From positions 287,379 to 351,378 of the forward strand of contig NIVC01000438.1 of NCBI GenBank assembly GCA_002269645.1: 64,000 nt of DNA. Direction: 5' to 3'. Shown here piece by piece: positions 26,086-39,200 of this stretch (the first letter of the stretch is position 1; every line of letters starts with the position of its first letter). The notes under the pieces are model-generated. The model was not told the DNA's origin and ran no database searches. It saw nothing but the letters and a program-made list of their open reading frames with translations. The position numbers and the translations under genes were made by a program. The stretch is from Macrostomum lignano (lineage: Eukaryota).

Positions 26086-27029
26086 GAAGCTTGCATATAG
26101 GGTCAGTTTTCCATGGTATGAATTTTCGAGACTAAGAAATCTCGAGCTTTTGACACGCCGAAAATGGATGTAGCTGTATCCTACACTATCGAAAGCGACA
26201 AATTTACCTGCAAAATTTTGAGCCATGCAGTTAACTTATTAACAGTATATCAATACCAAAGGGAGAGCTGAAATTTTTGCAGCGCCGGAACGGAGCAACA
26301 CAGGCACAGGAAATTCTTTGATGTCGCTGACCAAAAGTAACAAGATCATATATGGCAACTCTTTATTAACCTCCCGTCATTCTGATCTGTATGATGTAGG
26401 ACTCTCAAAACAGTCCAGCATCACCGACGCGATGACGTGCATGTAAACTTTAATGCGACGTGGTTAGTTTATTATATTGTAATCGAACCGAGTTTTTACG
26501 AAGATCAAGCTAAAATGTGATCAAAAGTAACTAAAAATAAGGCTACTATAAAATTTAGAAAATTATCTTTCAGGTGTACGGTCCAAGTCATGCATGCATG
26601 GTTTCGACTGCTGAAGGTGCCGACGACGGCTGAATGAAGATCGAATGCTGGAGAAACGCATCAGTTAATTTAGGTCTGCCAATAATCTGCCAATAAATGT
26701 ATATTGCAACAGGATCTCTATAGCTACTGTAGTTACATGATGCCATCTTTTGAAGGTGCCGACGACGTCGAGGTGATGTTTGGATGCTTGAGAGCTAGAC
26801 TATAGCTGAGGATTTCCAGCAGCTGAAGTTTTCCACCAGTTGCTCTCTCAAGGCTATGATCAGCGAAGAACTAGAGAGAAATTCGCATCAGTGTCCATAT
26901 AGTCACCTGGTGCCCAACCTGTTGAGGGTTCAGGAGCTCCGTCTGGGTGAAGACCAGCAGGGACCAATGAGGTGAGAGCTGATGCAGACACGTGTGGAAT
27001 TTGAAGGCTTGGCAAGGGTCTTTAAAATT

Positions 27030-27720
27030 TGCTTGCGAAAATTTGGTTGCCGAAGTCTGCTTGCCGAATTTTTCTTGTTGAATTTTTCTTGCCGAACTTT
27101 GCTTACCGAACTTTGCTTGCAGGAACTTTGCTTGCCGAACTTTGCTTCCAGGAACTTTGCTTGCAGGAACTTTGCTTGCAGGAATTTTGCTTGCCGAACT
27201 TTGCTTGCAGGAACTTTGCTTGCAGGAATTTTGCTTGCCGAACTTTGCTTGCAGGAATTTTGCTTGCCGAACTTTGCTTGCAGGAACCTTGCTTGCCGAA
27301 CTTTGCTTGCAGGAATTTTGCTTGCCGAACTTTGCTTGCCGAACTTTGCTTGCCGAACTTTGCTTGCAGGAATTTTGCTTGCCGAACTTTGCTTGCCGAA
27401 CTTTGCTTGCAGGAACTTTGCTTGCCGAACTTTGCTTGCAGGAATTTTGCTTGCCGAACTTTGCTTGCAGGAACTTTGCTTGCAGGAATTTTGCTTGCCG
27501 AACTTTGCAGGAACTTTGCTTGCCGAACTTTGCTTGCAGGAACTTTGCTTGCAGGAATTTTGCTTGCCGAACTTTGCTTGCAGGAATTTTGCTTGCCGAA
27601 TTTTGCTTGCCGAACTTTGCTTGCAGGAATTTTGCTTGCCGAACTTTGCTTGCAGGAACTTTGCTTGCAGGAACTTTGCTTGCCGAACTTTGCTTGCCGA
27701 ATTTTGCTTGCCGAGGTTTG
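27030..27720. repeat. 14/15-bp minisatellite (GCCGAACTTTGCTT / GCAGGAAYTTTGCTT)
   Basis: Visible tandem array of two alternating units; a few inverted units at 29187-29250. Confidence 0.95.
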
Positions 27721-28008
27721 CCAGCCAAAATTTTCATGTGGAACCTTAAAGAACCTATTTTTGAGCTCTTGTATTTCTAATTTTCATTTTCTGAGATTCG
27801 TGAAAGTCGCCTATAGTGTTATGATTTTGTATGAGGATATGGCGGATTTGAAAAGCCCTAACGCAGAAGCTTTCGAAACTCCACGGAACTTTCGGTTCTA
27901 TTTTAACTTTCGTTCCTCAATGACAAGTACACGACACTGTACTCGTGAAAATCCGCCAGTCCAAGTGCGTTTACATTTTTATATACTAATTATATATTAG
28001 CATCACTA

Positions 28009-28836
28009 CGAGGGGCACTATTAAAGTTCTGAGCCTGACCAAGATCTTATAGTGGCAAAGTGTTGAAACTTTAGGCTCTAAAAGCGCCACATGTTAATAG
28101 TCTATTGTCAACTTTTCAGAATTTTCTGCATTCCCCTGCAGGGCCCTTTCTGCAGGGCCCTGCCAACTTTCTGTCCTGCTGCGTGACCGGGGATGAGACG
28201 TGGATCCATCACCACGATCCCGAGTCCAAGCAGGAGTCCAAGCAGTGGCTGCCAGTTGGTTCACCTGCACCACTGAAGGCACGGACTGCATGCAGTGCGG
28301 GCAAGATTATGCTCACCGTCTTCTGGGATGCCAAGGGCCCGCTGCTGCTGGACTTTCTACCGCACAAGCAGACAGTCACAGGCGCCTACTACGCTGACCT
28401 GATCGCCCGTCTGTGCGAGGCAATCAAGGAAAATAGGCGAGGGATGCTGAGCCGAGGTGTTGTGCTGCTGCACGACAATGCACCGGCCCACACTAGCAGG
28501 ATTGCCAAGGCTGCTGTCAGTGTCGCAGGGTTTCGAGAGCTGCCGCACCCAGCCTATTCACCAGACCTGGCCCCGAGCGACTTCCACCTGTTTCCACATC
28601 TCAAGCGGGCGCTCCGTGGACAGCGATTTGACACTGATGATGCGCTGAAGGATGCTGCAACTGCTTGGTTTGAGGGCTGCTCGGTGCAATTCTTCCAGAG
28701 TGGCATTGAGGCGCTGCGATCAAGATGCCATAAGTGCATCTTGGTTGGGGGAGACTATGTTGAGAAAAGTTGATCTCACTTTGCCCATATCTCCTCTCTT
28801 TCATATTAAGGCTCAGAACTTTAATAGTGCCCCTCG
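28009..28836 (+). mobile_element. mariner (DD34D) element, internally deleted
   Basis: Perfect 28-bp TIRs TA|CGAGGGGCACTATTAAAGTTCTGAGCCT...AGGCTCAGAACTTTAATAGTGCCCCTCG|TA. ORF 28105-28773 has VTGDETW, WVPHEL absent, HDNAPAH and YSPDLAPSDFHLF (D-34-D), but lacks the N-terminal HTH. Only 828 bp long. Confidence 0.95.
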
Positions 28837-29980
28837 TACAAGTATCATATCTGCTCAATCGTGCTGAAATCAGGAACTACAAAAGTTTATACTGTTACCG
28901 ATCCCTATCTACCTATTCTAAATCTCTAATCATTTATATATACTAAATACTTAGAATGAAACTCTATAAGCCTAGTTTGAAAGCTTAGTGTCAAGTCAGT
29001 TTACGTCGACGCTGATAAGAATCCACTTGCCACTTGCAAAGAAGCATCTGTATAGTAGGCCTAAGCTCCTAAGTAATAATTGACTGACCAACTTCACAAG
29101 CAATCAAAACAAGCAAGCAAGCAAGAAAATAATTCGGCAAGTTAAAACCTTGCAATTGTGATTGCAAACTTCTAGGAAGCAGACATCAAAGTTCCGCAAG
29201 CAAAATTCGGCAAGCAAAGCTCGGCAAGCAAAGTTCGGCAAGTAAATTTTCCGCATGCAAACGTCGTACTTCCTTGGCAAGGCTGCACTGACGCGCAGTG
29301 TTGATTAGCGCTCAGAGCTAAGTAACATATAGCTCTGCTGCATTTCCTACATTTAAAGTGCATACTTTTTGATTTAATATACAATAAAGCAGGTTTACAA
29401 GCCAATTTATTCAAGTACATGTAAAAAGCAACAAACTACAAAATTGTCTTTGAAACCTTAGGGACAGATTTATCGGGTAACTAAAATATTATGCTAATCA
29501 GTTTATTAATTACATTCAATTGATGATGCGTACATACGTACATAGACATGTACTACGATTACGAAGTACAGTACCGCGGTAATATTAGAAGCTTTAATTA
29601 TTGTAGTAATGGTTAATTTTTATTGCAGCGATATACATACATGTACATGTACAATTGTACATGCAAGGGGTCACAAACTAAAATCGGATCGGTTTAAAAT
29701 TAGCAGAGTTATTACGATCCGATGATCTACATTGCTAACAAAATAAAAAGCCGCTATACCATTCAAAATGTCGACAAAGAAAAAGTTTGCATGTCCAAAC
29801 GGGTTTTGCATTTTCAGTACGCACTTGCGATGTGCATGTATTGTTGCCGCTTTCATAACCAAGCTGTCTGTGTCCATTTGCTAGCAGTCGCCGCCTCGGA
29901 ATCCAACGCATTAAGTTTTTCCTTGACTTTGTTGATCTTCTCTTCGTCCTGACTTTCTAGAATAGTAAACTTCTCATCCT

Positions 29981-32900
29981 TCACTGTTTCCATCTGTCGC
30001 AGACAAACTCAACGTGCTCACGGCAGTCGCTGTAGTGAGCCAGAGTGAGCAGCTCCTCCAAGTCCGGGTCTTCTTCCAACTCTGTCTTCCAATTATCGAA
30101 TGCGATTGCAGGCGAGCGATTGCGGAGCAGCTCAGCTTGGAGACTCCAGCTCAGGCAGCGGAAGTTCACGTACAGGTGGTGGGAGGAGCGAGGTTGTGAC
30201 AGTCTGGCTGTGAACAGAGTCTGCGTGAACTCGGGAAGAAATGGAAATCGAGGAGGATTGCAGCAGGAAAGGCAGAACCTCAAAAACCAGTCCATTTTAC
30301 ATGTAGCTTGAACTTGACTGCTCTGCAACTCCTTGATGACTCTCTCAGCCTCCTCAGATTCACCAAACTTCAAATGCGCCATGACGGTCATGCACAGATA
30401 GGCGTGCTTGTACCACTGAAGCTCATTTAAAAGACTAAGCTGCTTCATCAAGGCTTCACTGGATTCTGATTGCAGCTCTCTAATGCACTGGTGCACCACG
30501 CTGTATGCGTCTGCAAATTTTCCATATCTACAAGATCGGATTTGAGAAACACTAGGTGGCGTCGTGAGCGGCAGCAGCGTGAACGGATGGAAGTAAAAAC
30601 TTTCTGATTTAAGAGGTCTCACAAGTGCTCTCATCTGCTCAACCACTCTGTCGATGTCGCTTCTCAGCTCGCTCAGTCGATCTCGAACCGTCGCCTTCGT
30701 GTTGATGAAGTCGCCGCCGATTCCAGCGTTCTTGAAGTAGAGCGGTGCGTCTTGCATGAAGAAGTGCGGCATGCACTCATCGGGTGAGCTGCTTGAGTCA
30801 ATGAAGTTCAGCATCATTTCGAGAGACTCTTTCAACAGAGCGATCAGATTCTCCGGTTGCCAAGTTGACGCATTTTTCACGCCGTGTTTCTCCAGCATAA
30901 AGAATAGCAGTGTCTTGGCGTGGTAGGTTTTGAGCCCGGGTGCGTCTTTAATGACTGGCAGGTGCAACTTAAATATGAACTTTATGGCCGTAAACAACTG
31001 GCCCTGAACTGTACATAAGCGCTTCATTATGCTTCTCTCATGGAAGCTGAAGCTCACTCTGAGCTCATCTTCCATTTTCGGTCTTGTCGCCCTCACCAGG
31101 TGCACGTTATAAACACTGTAGTTCAGCAGCCTCCGAACTCTATCCTCACAATAGCTGCTGCAGCACTGCATTGCGTGGCACAGATCCTGCGCTGGGCGCA
31201 TTCCGCAGGCCTTCGCTTCCACTGATGGCTGGCTACCTAAAATTGAAAATGATGAAACAACCGGCTTTGATTCATTCCTTCGAAATATAGACTTAATTTT
31301 TTCGAGCCAGTCAACACCAAAAACTTCAATGAAGAGATCACTGTCTGAACAGAAATCCGACGTCTTTCGACGTTTATGATAGAGAATTATTGAATATGTG
31401 CTGTTACTATACGCCAACGTTCATCCGATGTAATGTAATGTAATGTAAAAGTACATATTTGTCGTAGACGTCAGGAACGGTTTTCGATACGTCTAATGTA
31501 CATGTACCGTAAACCTGGACTCACCGGAACCCACGGGCACCTGCGCGTGACCCTTTAATACTCGCAATTTGGTGGTGGCATCTCTGCAGCCTTGAAATGT
31601 TGACACTCCATCGCAGCCGCCTTCGAGATGAAATATTTGCGTAGCAATCAGCACCGTCCAGTCAATATCTGAGTGAGCAGCTGTCCTGCCGTTCATTTGC
31701 ACCAGACTGTTCGCCCAGCCCTCTGCGTAGCTGCCCGTCATCCGCCTGCCATCCTGTGTCAGCACTTGAGCTACGGCTTCTAACCATTTAGCCATTCCCT
31801 GCTGATACTCCGCTCTTTTCCTGGTGAATCCTGCCTTGCACAGCAGCCGATGCAGCTCCTCACTCAGACGTTGATCTCGGAGGCTAAATAAAATTGGATA
31901 GCATCATGCACGAAATCAGTAATTTTCATGTTGCCTTTATCAGCTCAAAATAAAAAGAAATATCAACGTTAGCACTGAAATGGAGCCCGTTTATCACTGC
32001 TCCAGACCAAAACCGATTGCGTTCGATAACTTTTTGGAATTATTGGCTAGCCTGCGCAACATTCCGACGTCAGCCGACGTCCCCGGTGTATCCGAAGTCG
32101 ATGAACGTCGCTAGAAAATGGGAATTTTCACATCACACCGACGAATTTCGGTGTAATAAAAGTTTTCCAATTGCAATCGACATTGATAGAGGTCGAAAAC
32201 ATCGGTCGAAGCCTCTGGCATCAGATTGCTTTACCGGTAAAAACACAGAGACATTCCAACCCAGGTCCCTCCCCTTGGCCTCTGGGGGGATTATTAGGAT
32301 AAGATCTAAGGATCTAGAAGAATAGCACCCATAGGATCGCACCCGAGGGGGACAGAATTGCATCAAACATTTACCGGTTTGTCTTTGGTCATCCTCAAAA
32401 AATGATCTGCACTTCGACTATGGTTTATACTAGCTGTTTCCCAGTCTAGCCACTTTATGATATTTTAGTTAAACTCGTTCGTGTATTTAGCTGCAACTGA
32501 CGATCCTGAGCTTTTTAGTATTAGTAAGTAGAGACGACGCCAACTCCTCCTCTGGAGGAGAAAGGGGAAGAACTCAAATGTATTTTTAATCTTAAGTTTT
32601 CAGTTGCAGTCGCTTGTTTTACGACTTAACTTTTAGCTCCATTTTGGCGCTTGATTAGACGTATCCTTTTTCAAGTCTTGGCACAAATTGGATCTTAAAC
32701 TCACGTCCTACTCGATGGCTTCAACAGCCGCAGCACCTGCGAGTGTCCGTGCCGTTCTGCCAGCTGCTCGCACGTCAGGCCCCGACCGTCTCGATGACTT
32801 GCATCCGCCCCTCTGTCTGCTAGAGTCTTGGCAGCTCGCACGTGGCCTTCTTTGCACGCTCGTGACAGAGCAGTCCGACCCTGGCTGTCTTCAGCACGCA

Positions 32901-33891
32901 CTGACGCACCGAGATTCAACAGTTTCTCAATGACTTCATGATGACCTGCATCAGCTGCCAGCATAAGAGCAGTTGCTCCACTACTATCTGGTAGATCGAC
33001 GTGTTGTCTGCTGAATCGCTTGTCATTAACCAGTGAGAGAGCTAGTGCGACATGGCTTTGAAAAATGGAGAGACAGAGCAGCTGTACGATCTGAGCTGGC
33101 TGCATTTTAGACAGTGTTACAGTAAGAACAGAGTTTCTGCCCTCAATGGCCATTGCAGCAATGAAGCTGAGGATTATGCTAGATTGGAAGAGCCAGTCGG
33201 GCTCGAGGCCAAGAAAGACAAGGACATTTTCCTGATGACGAGAACTAGCCGCGACCGCGCAATCTCGACGAAATTCGCTTCTCAGATGTTGATTTTCAAC
33301 AGCTTTATAAAGAAATTGGAACACGTCTAACTGACCTTCTCTTGCAGCGAATTTGGCAGCCTCTGTGCAGCACCTGTCTCGGATATTTTTGTCACCAATC
33401 GACTGCACTAGAAACTCTGAAACTTCCAACTGACCGGAGACCGCTGCACATTTCGTAGCCTCGACGCTGCAAAGCTGTCTCACAATGGGATCATCAATTG
33501 TCGTTATCAGAAACTCAACAACATGCAGTTGACCGTCAGTTGACGCCGATTCGGCAGCCTTTACGAAGCAATGATTCTTCGTGTCCGGTCCGATTATATT
33601 CTGCAGAAGGAACTTCATCATTTCCAACTCGCCTTCGCTTGCCAGAGGCCTGGCAATTTCCATGCAGCACTGGTCTCTAACTTGTTCATTAGCAACCTGC
33701 GATAACAAGAACTTTACCACTTCAAACTGACCATCAACGGCTGCAGTCTTCGCTTCCGCAACACAGAATAAGTCCCTATCGTGGCTGTACCGTATACTTC
33801 GGATTTCTTGTTTCAAATTCTTCAAAGCTTCTTTTTCCTCTTTCTTCTTCTCAGCTGTTTTTGAGTCCGTAGGACAGAGTTTTTCTGCCAT
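29981..33891 (-). CDS. Ankyrin-repeat + Mab-21/cGAS-like nucleotidyltransferase (cGLR-like), ~933 aa; exons 33891-32705, 31883-31525, 31236-29981
   Basis: Donor AC|GTGAGT (phase 2) matches acceptor TTTAG|C CTC CGA; donor TCCG|GTGAGT (phase 1) matches TTTTAG|GT AGC. Exon 1 has degenerate repeats plus canonical ANK repeats (GATALMLAA.., GRTALSRAC..). Exons 2-3 have the NTase motif GSYAEG...SDID, a third Asp in QDLC, and the Mab-21 motifs LRVSFSFHE, IKFIF, KTYHAKTLLF. Confidence 0.8.
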
Positions 33892-34439
33892 TTTAAAACG
33901 TCTTATAATTTCGGGCTTTTGAATTTAACACATTCCGTAAAATCAAAAAACGAAGTGTAACCACTTTGCAGCAAAGTATTTGATTTTAATCATTAGAAAT
34001 CTCTGTTGACTGAACAAGCAATTTATATTGATGGGTGTTGAAGCTCTTGCTGTGTTCGATGCAGCCAACAGAGGGTTGATAAAAGCTTTGCTGTAGAGGT
34101 ACCTGGTACATTTAGTCAAGTTTAGGCAATTTACTTGTACATTTCGCTCCAACAGGCGTAGATTAAAACAAATGATACCCTTTTTTATCACTCTTGGACG
34201 ACTAAACTGCATTTGGTTTGCTCTATGTTAAACATAGGATGCTAAAATGTACATCGCATTTGTAATCAAAATGGAAGCCCGACCGCACTGTCGTTTGACT
34301 GCAAACTGTTTGAATCTTTTGGCTAAGGTTAGACAGTCCGTTTTTGGATTTTAGGATCCAGAAGCTACATGCTATTTTAAAAAATAACTATATCTTCAAA
34401 TTAACGGCAATGTAACCATCAAACTTGCAATTCATTTCT

Positions 34440-35590
34440 CACCTCTCTGATCCATCAGATCCCACCTCTCGGATCCATTCCCCACCTCTTGGATCCATTC
34501 CCCACCTCTCGGATCCATTCCCCACCCCTCGGATCCATTCCCCACCCCTTGGATCCATTCCCCACCCCTCGGATCCATTCCCTACCTCTCGGATCCATTC
34601 CCTACCTCTCAGATCCACCTCTCAGATCCATTCCCTACCTCTTAGATCCATTCCCCACCTCTCGGATCCATTCCCTACCTCTCAGATCCACCTCTCAGAT
34701 CCATTCCCTACCTCTTAGATCCATTCCCCACTTCTCAGATCCATTCCCTACCTCTCAGATCCACCTCTCAGATCCATTCCCTACCTCTTAGATCCATTCC
34801 CCACCTCTCGGATCCATTCCCTACCTCTCAGATCCACCTCTCAGATCCATTCCCTACCTCTTAGATCCATTCCCCACCTCTCAGATCCATTCCCTACCTC
34901 TCAGATCCATTCCCTACCTCTCAGATCCACCTCTCAGATCCATTCCCTACCTCTTAGATCCATTCCCAACCTCTCGGATCCATTCCCTACCTCTCAGATC
35001 CACCTCTTAGATCCATTCCCTACCTCTCAGATCCACCTTTCAGATCCATTCCCTACCTTTCAGATCCATTCCCTAGCTCTCAGATCCATTCCCTAGCTCT
35101 CAGATCCATTCCCACCCTCTAGGATCCATTCCCCACCTTTCAGATCCATTCCCTACCTCTCAGATCCATTCCCTACCTCTCAGATCCATTCCCCACCTTT
35201 CAGATCCATTCTCTACCCCTCGGATCCATTCCCTACCTCTCAGATCCATTCCCTACCTCTCAGATCCACCTCTCAGATCCATTCCCTACCTCTTAGATCC
35301 ATTCCCTACCTTTCAGATCCATTCCCTACCTCTCAGATCCATTCCCACCCTCTAGGATCCATTCCCCACCTTTCAGATCCATTCCCCACCTTTCAGATCC
35401 ATTCCCTACCTCTCAGATCCATTCCCTACCTCTCAGATCCATTCCCCACCTTTCAGATCCATTCTCTACCTCTCAGATCCATTCCCTACCTCTCAGATCC
35501 ATTCCCCACCTTTCAGATCCATTCTCTACCTCTCAGATCCATTCCCTACCTCTCAGATCCATTCCCCACCTTTCAGATCCATTCCCTATC
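34440..35590. repeat. 20-bp minisatellite (GATCCATTCCCTACCTCTCA)
   Basis: Visible tandem array with interspersed 12-bp truncated units. Confidence 0.96.
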
Positions 35591-36228
35591 TCTCAAGGGT
35601 TGCCAACCCTGGGAGCGATTCCATAATCATTGGATTTAAAGGCTAACTTTCAAATTCACAATGACAAAATCAAACGGAGGCAAGTGGCTCAAAGATTGAC
35701 AAATTGGTTCGTAGAAATGCAGTTTTTCCTGTCTTTAAAATAGCTCAGTACAGAATAGCAGGTTCTGATCACTTACCGCATGGCTAGGCTATAATCGAGC
35801 CATGCAACAGCTGCTTGGAGAGCACCCTTACTCACTTAGCTTCCTCCCCAACCACCGTTGAGCTCCATTTAGAATTCTTCAAACTACATAGTCTTCACTG
35901 TCAGCAGAGTAGCTACAATGGGTTTAAGCGGCTCATTGCTGCGCCGACTTTTCTATTGGCTTCTAACAACTGCTGGCAGAGACAATCGCGCAGCATGCCG
36001 GACTGTCCCAGCGCCGATCATGGCTTAAGTGTACGAAAGCTTTAGTGTGCTAGTGCATTAGTATGTGTCCAGGACAGTGGCAGATTATGGTAGCATTAAG
36101 CATTTAAATTGTTGCTCTCATATGCAAAACTCAAGATCCACTCGAAGAGATCCCAATCTAACCGATCTTATTTGTAGTTCCTAGCGCCAGAAAGTTCCTA
36201 AATTTCTTTTAGTCTACAAGACTTCAAC

Positions 36229-39200
36229 ATGGAGCGCAAGCAACAGGCGGGCTCCACATCGCCCGCGTCAGCGAAGCGGAGTCGCGGCAAGCGTATCTCG
36301 TCGGGTGTCAGAAAAGTTCTCACTGGCCAGCTGGCACAGATGGTGAATGAGCAGTCAAGCGCTGAACAACCAAGAGGAACGAGAAGCTATCAAACCGAGG
36401 TTCCAAATCCTGCAAGTCCAGTGGGTCAGCTTGAGAGCAGTGGAGATCAGGTTGGGTCGTTGTTGGGCCAGCTACGAGTACAAAGCTCCCCCATCGGTGA
36501 GGCACATAATCAGGAAGTACAACAAGTTGGTTCGCTGGTAGATCAGTCTGGAAGCTTGCCGCTTGGTCATCTCGATGTTCAACAAAGACCACAAGGCAGT
36601 TCGTTGGCTGCTCAGCTTGGAGGTTCATTAGGTAAAAAATTGGGCAAGAAAAAGAAAGCCGGCTCAAAGCTTGCTGGGTCGTTAATAAAGCAAGTTGGAG
36701 AGCAAGGAGACAGCACCGGAAGTGCTATCGCTGGTCAACTTGGTGGGTCACTGCTTGGACAGCTTGGCGGAGGACAAGGACGACAAGGCAGTGGACACGA
36801 AGGATCGCTGGCTGGAAAAATTGGCGGGTCACTTCTTGAACAGTTCAGCGGAGGACAAGGCGGAGGACAAGGAGGAGGACAAGGAGGATCGCTGGCTGGT
36901 CAACTTGGCGGGTCACTTCTTGGACAGCTTGGCGGAAGACAAGGCGGAGGACAAGGAGGACAAGGCAGTGGACACGCAGGATCGCTGGCTGGAAAAATTG
37001 GCGGGTCACTTCTTGGACAACTTGGCGGAGGACAAGGCGGTGGACAAGGAGGAGGACAAGGAGGATCGCTGGCTGGTCAACTTGGTGGGTCACTGCTTGG
37101 ACAGCTCAGCGGAGGACAAGGCGGTGGACAAGGAGGAGGACAAGGAGGATCGCTGGCTGGTCAACTTGGTGGGTCACTGCTTGGACAACTCGGAGGAGGA
37201 CAAGGCGGTGGACAAGGGGGTGGACAAGGGGGTGGTTCACCGTTCGGACAACTGGGTGGTTTGGCAGGAGGTGGTGGCGGCGCGAAGCCTCCAGCAGCAG
37301 GCGGTGGTAAGGCAGGTCCAGCCGCAAATCCTGTGCTTAACACTGTGGCATGCAGCGCATTTCAAGGAATACGAAGAGCTGCAGAAGCAAAGAGCATCCC
37401 GATGAAGGTGTACTGGATTCTTATGGTTTTAGTTTCTGTCGGAATGTTCATCCAAGGCGTAACCAATTTGACAACTAAGGTTCGAACTGTACAAGTAGTG
37501 AGAACGTACCAAATGGACAAGGTGCCCTTCGTGTTCCCAGATCTTTACTTCTGCCCAAAGAACGCTTATTCTGGTAGTTTTCCGTTTACACTAAATCAAA
37601 ATCAGGCCGACGTGGTAAATCGAGAAGTGGCCAAGCTGAGCAAGCTTTATGATGAACAGTTGGCAACAAGCGGTCTCGATGAGTCGTCTAAAACAAAGGT
37701 TTGGTCAATTCAGCAATCCCTGCCAGTTCATATATTGCACGACTACATCTTTCATCGGCCAAAGCAGTCTTTGTTTTACCCGCCAATGATTTCATACCAC
37801 GGCAAGATCAACTATGAAACAGTGTTCCTTCCAAAGGGCAGAATCTGCTTCAAAGTCGCTCTAAGTGACGAAGACAAAAGGGTGCTAATTCGCAGACAAA
37901 ATCAGGAGACACTTCGACTGGCTCTATTCACGGATCCGCCATTTCGCGACTTCAAATATGCCGGGGAGCTAATCAATCCGATCTTCAATCCGAAGACCAA
38001 CGAGACGATACCATTTAGAATGTGGTACCCATCTGGTATAGTTAAGACGATGGCATCTGGATACACAATGCTGGTGGTACCTGCCGGAGTCTATCCATCG
38101 CTGGAGCACGAGAGCAAGTTTCTACTGGCGCCGGGTAAATCCTACGACATCGACATTCACATGGAGGAGCACAAGTTCAGCCCCGAGTTGTGGGACACGC
38201 ATTGCTCGCCGCAGCAGAAAACTGCCTACTTTGCTGACCACTTTACTGGCAAGAAAGTTGAATACAACTATAGCTACGATGCGTGCTATTACACAGAGTT
38301 TGCTCGATAACTGCACAAGATCGGCGGTTACATTCAGCAAGGTTTCCCCGTTAGTTGGGATCTTCGAGGTAGTCCAAGATGGGGTAACCTGTCAGAGAAC
38401 AGCAAGATTAACCGGAGCACCATCGAATATGGGATGGACTTAACCAAAGCCGATGAATCGGCTAATCCAGTGAAATTTTGCAATAGCCAACAGGCTTGCG
38501 TGCAACAAAAGTATGTTTCATCGTTTTCGTTTCATAATTGGCCCTCAATTGGCGGATCTTATTCGGCCGCTTTTCAACAGACGGATCCGAATGAGCAACC
38601 CGCAATTTACCAGCTAGCCACCATTGCCAAGCAGTTGGACGCAGGTAAGTTTTTCAATACATGTATATGTGACGCTTAGTGCCTAATTAGTATTATGTAA
38701 TTGTATTACAGTGAACAAACAAAGTACACAAAAGCACACAGACACATCAATGCTTGTATTCGTCCGTCTGTCAGGTCGGTGGTTCGATTCTCGACCCACT
38801 CGGAACAATTTGTGTCCTTGAGAAAAAAACTTAACTCTGCATTGCTTCAGCTCATGCAGCAGTAAAATATGTGCAGCATTAGCTGGGGTAATTGAGGGCG
38901 TGTGTGGCGACCCCCCAGTCCTTGGACTAAACAGCCGTACGCAGCCTTCAGATGCGCCGCGCAATAGCTGGGGCTGAGCTGTCGGTGGCACATCAGGCCC
39001 AATTGGGCAGGTATTTTCAGTTATTATTAATTATTATTACTCGCCCGGCAACATTCCAATGTCCGCCGACTTACTCGACATACCCGACGTCGTTGGAAGC
39101 CGTTGAAAAGTATGTAACATTACCTATTTTCCTGGTGATGTCGATAGATGTCAGAAACTTCAGTCGATGTAAATAGATGTCAAAAACTTCAGTCGATTTC

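Larger units (their letters stand above)
27003..29284. mobile_element. Foldback-like element with satellite-expanded left arm, hosting a mariner
   Basis: The left end ...CAAGG...TTTGCTTGCGAAAATTTGGTTGCCGAAGTCTGCTTGCCG aligns with the reverse complement of 29190-29284 (...CAAGG...TTTGCATGCGGAAAATTTACTTGCCGAACTTTGCTTGCCG). TSD not identified. Confidence 0.55.

Noticed and set aside
26086-26870. Interrupted gene at the insertion site of the giant element
   Set aside because: Joining the flanks gives only short frames with stops and no recognisable motif.
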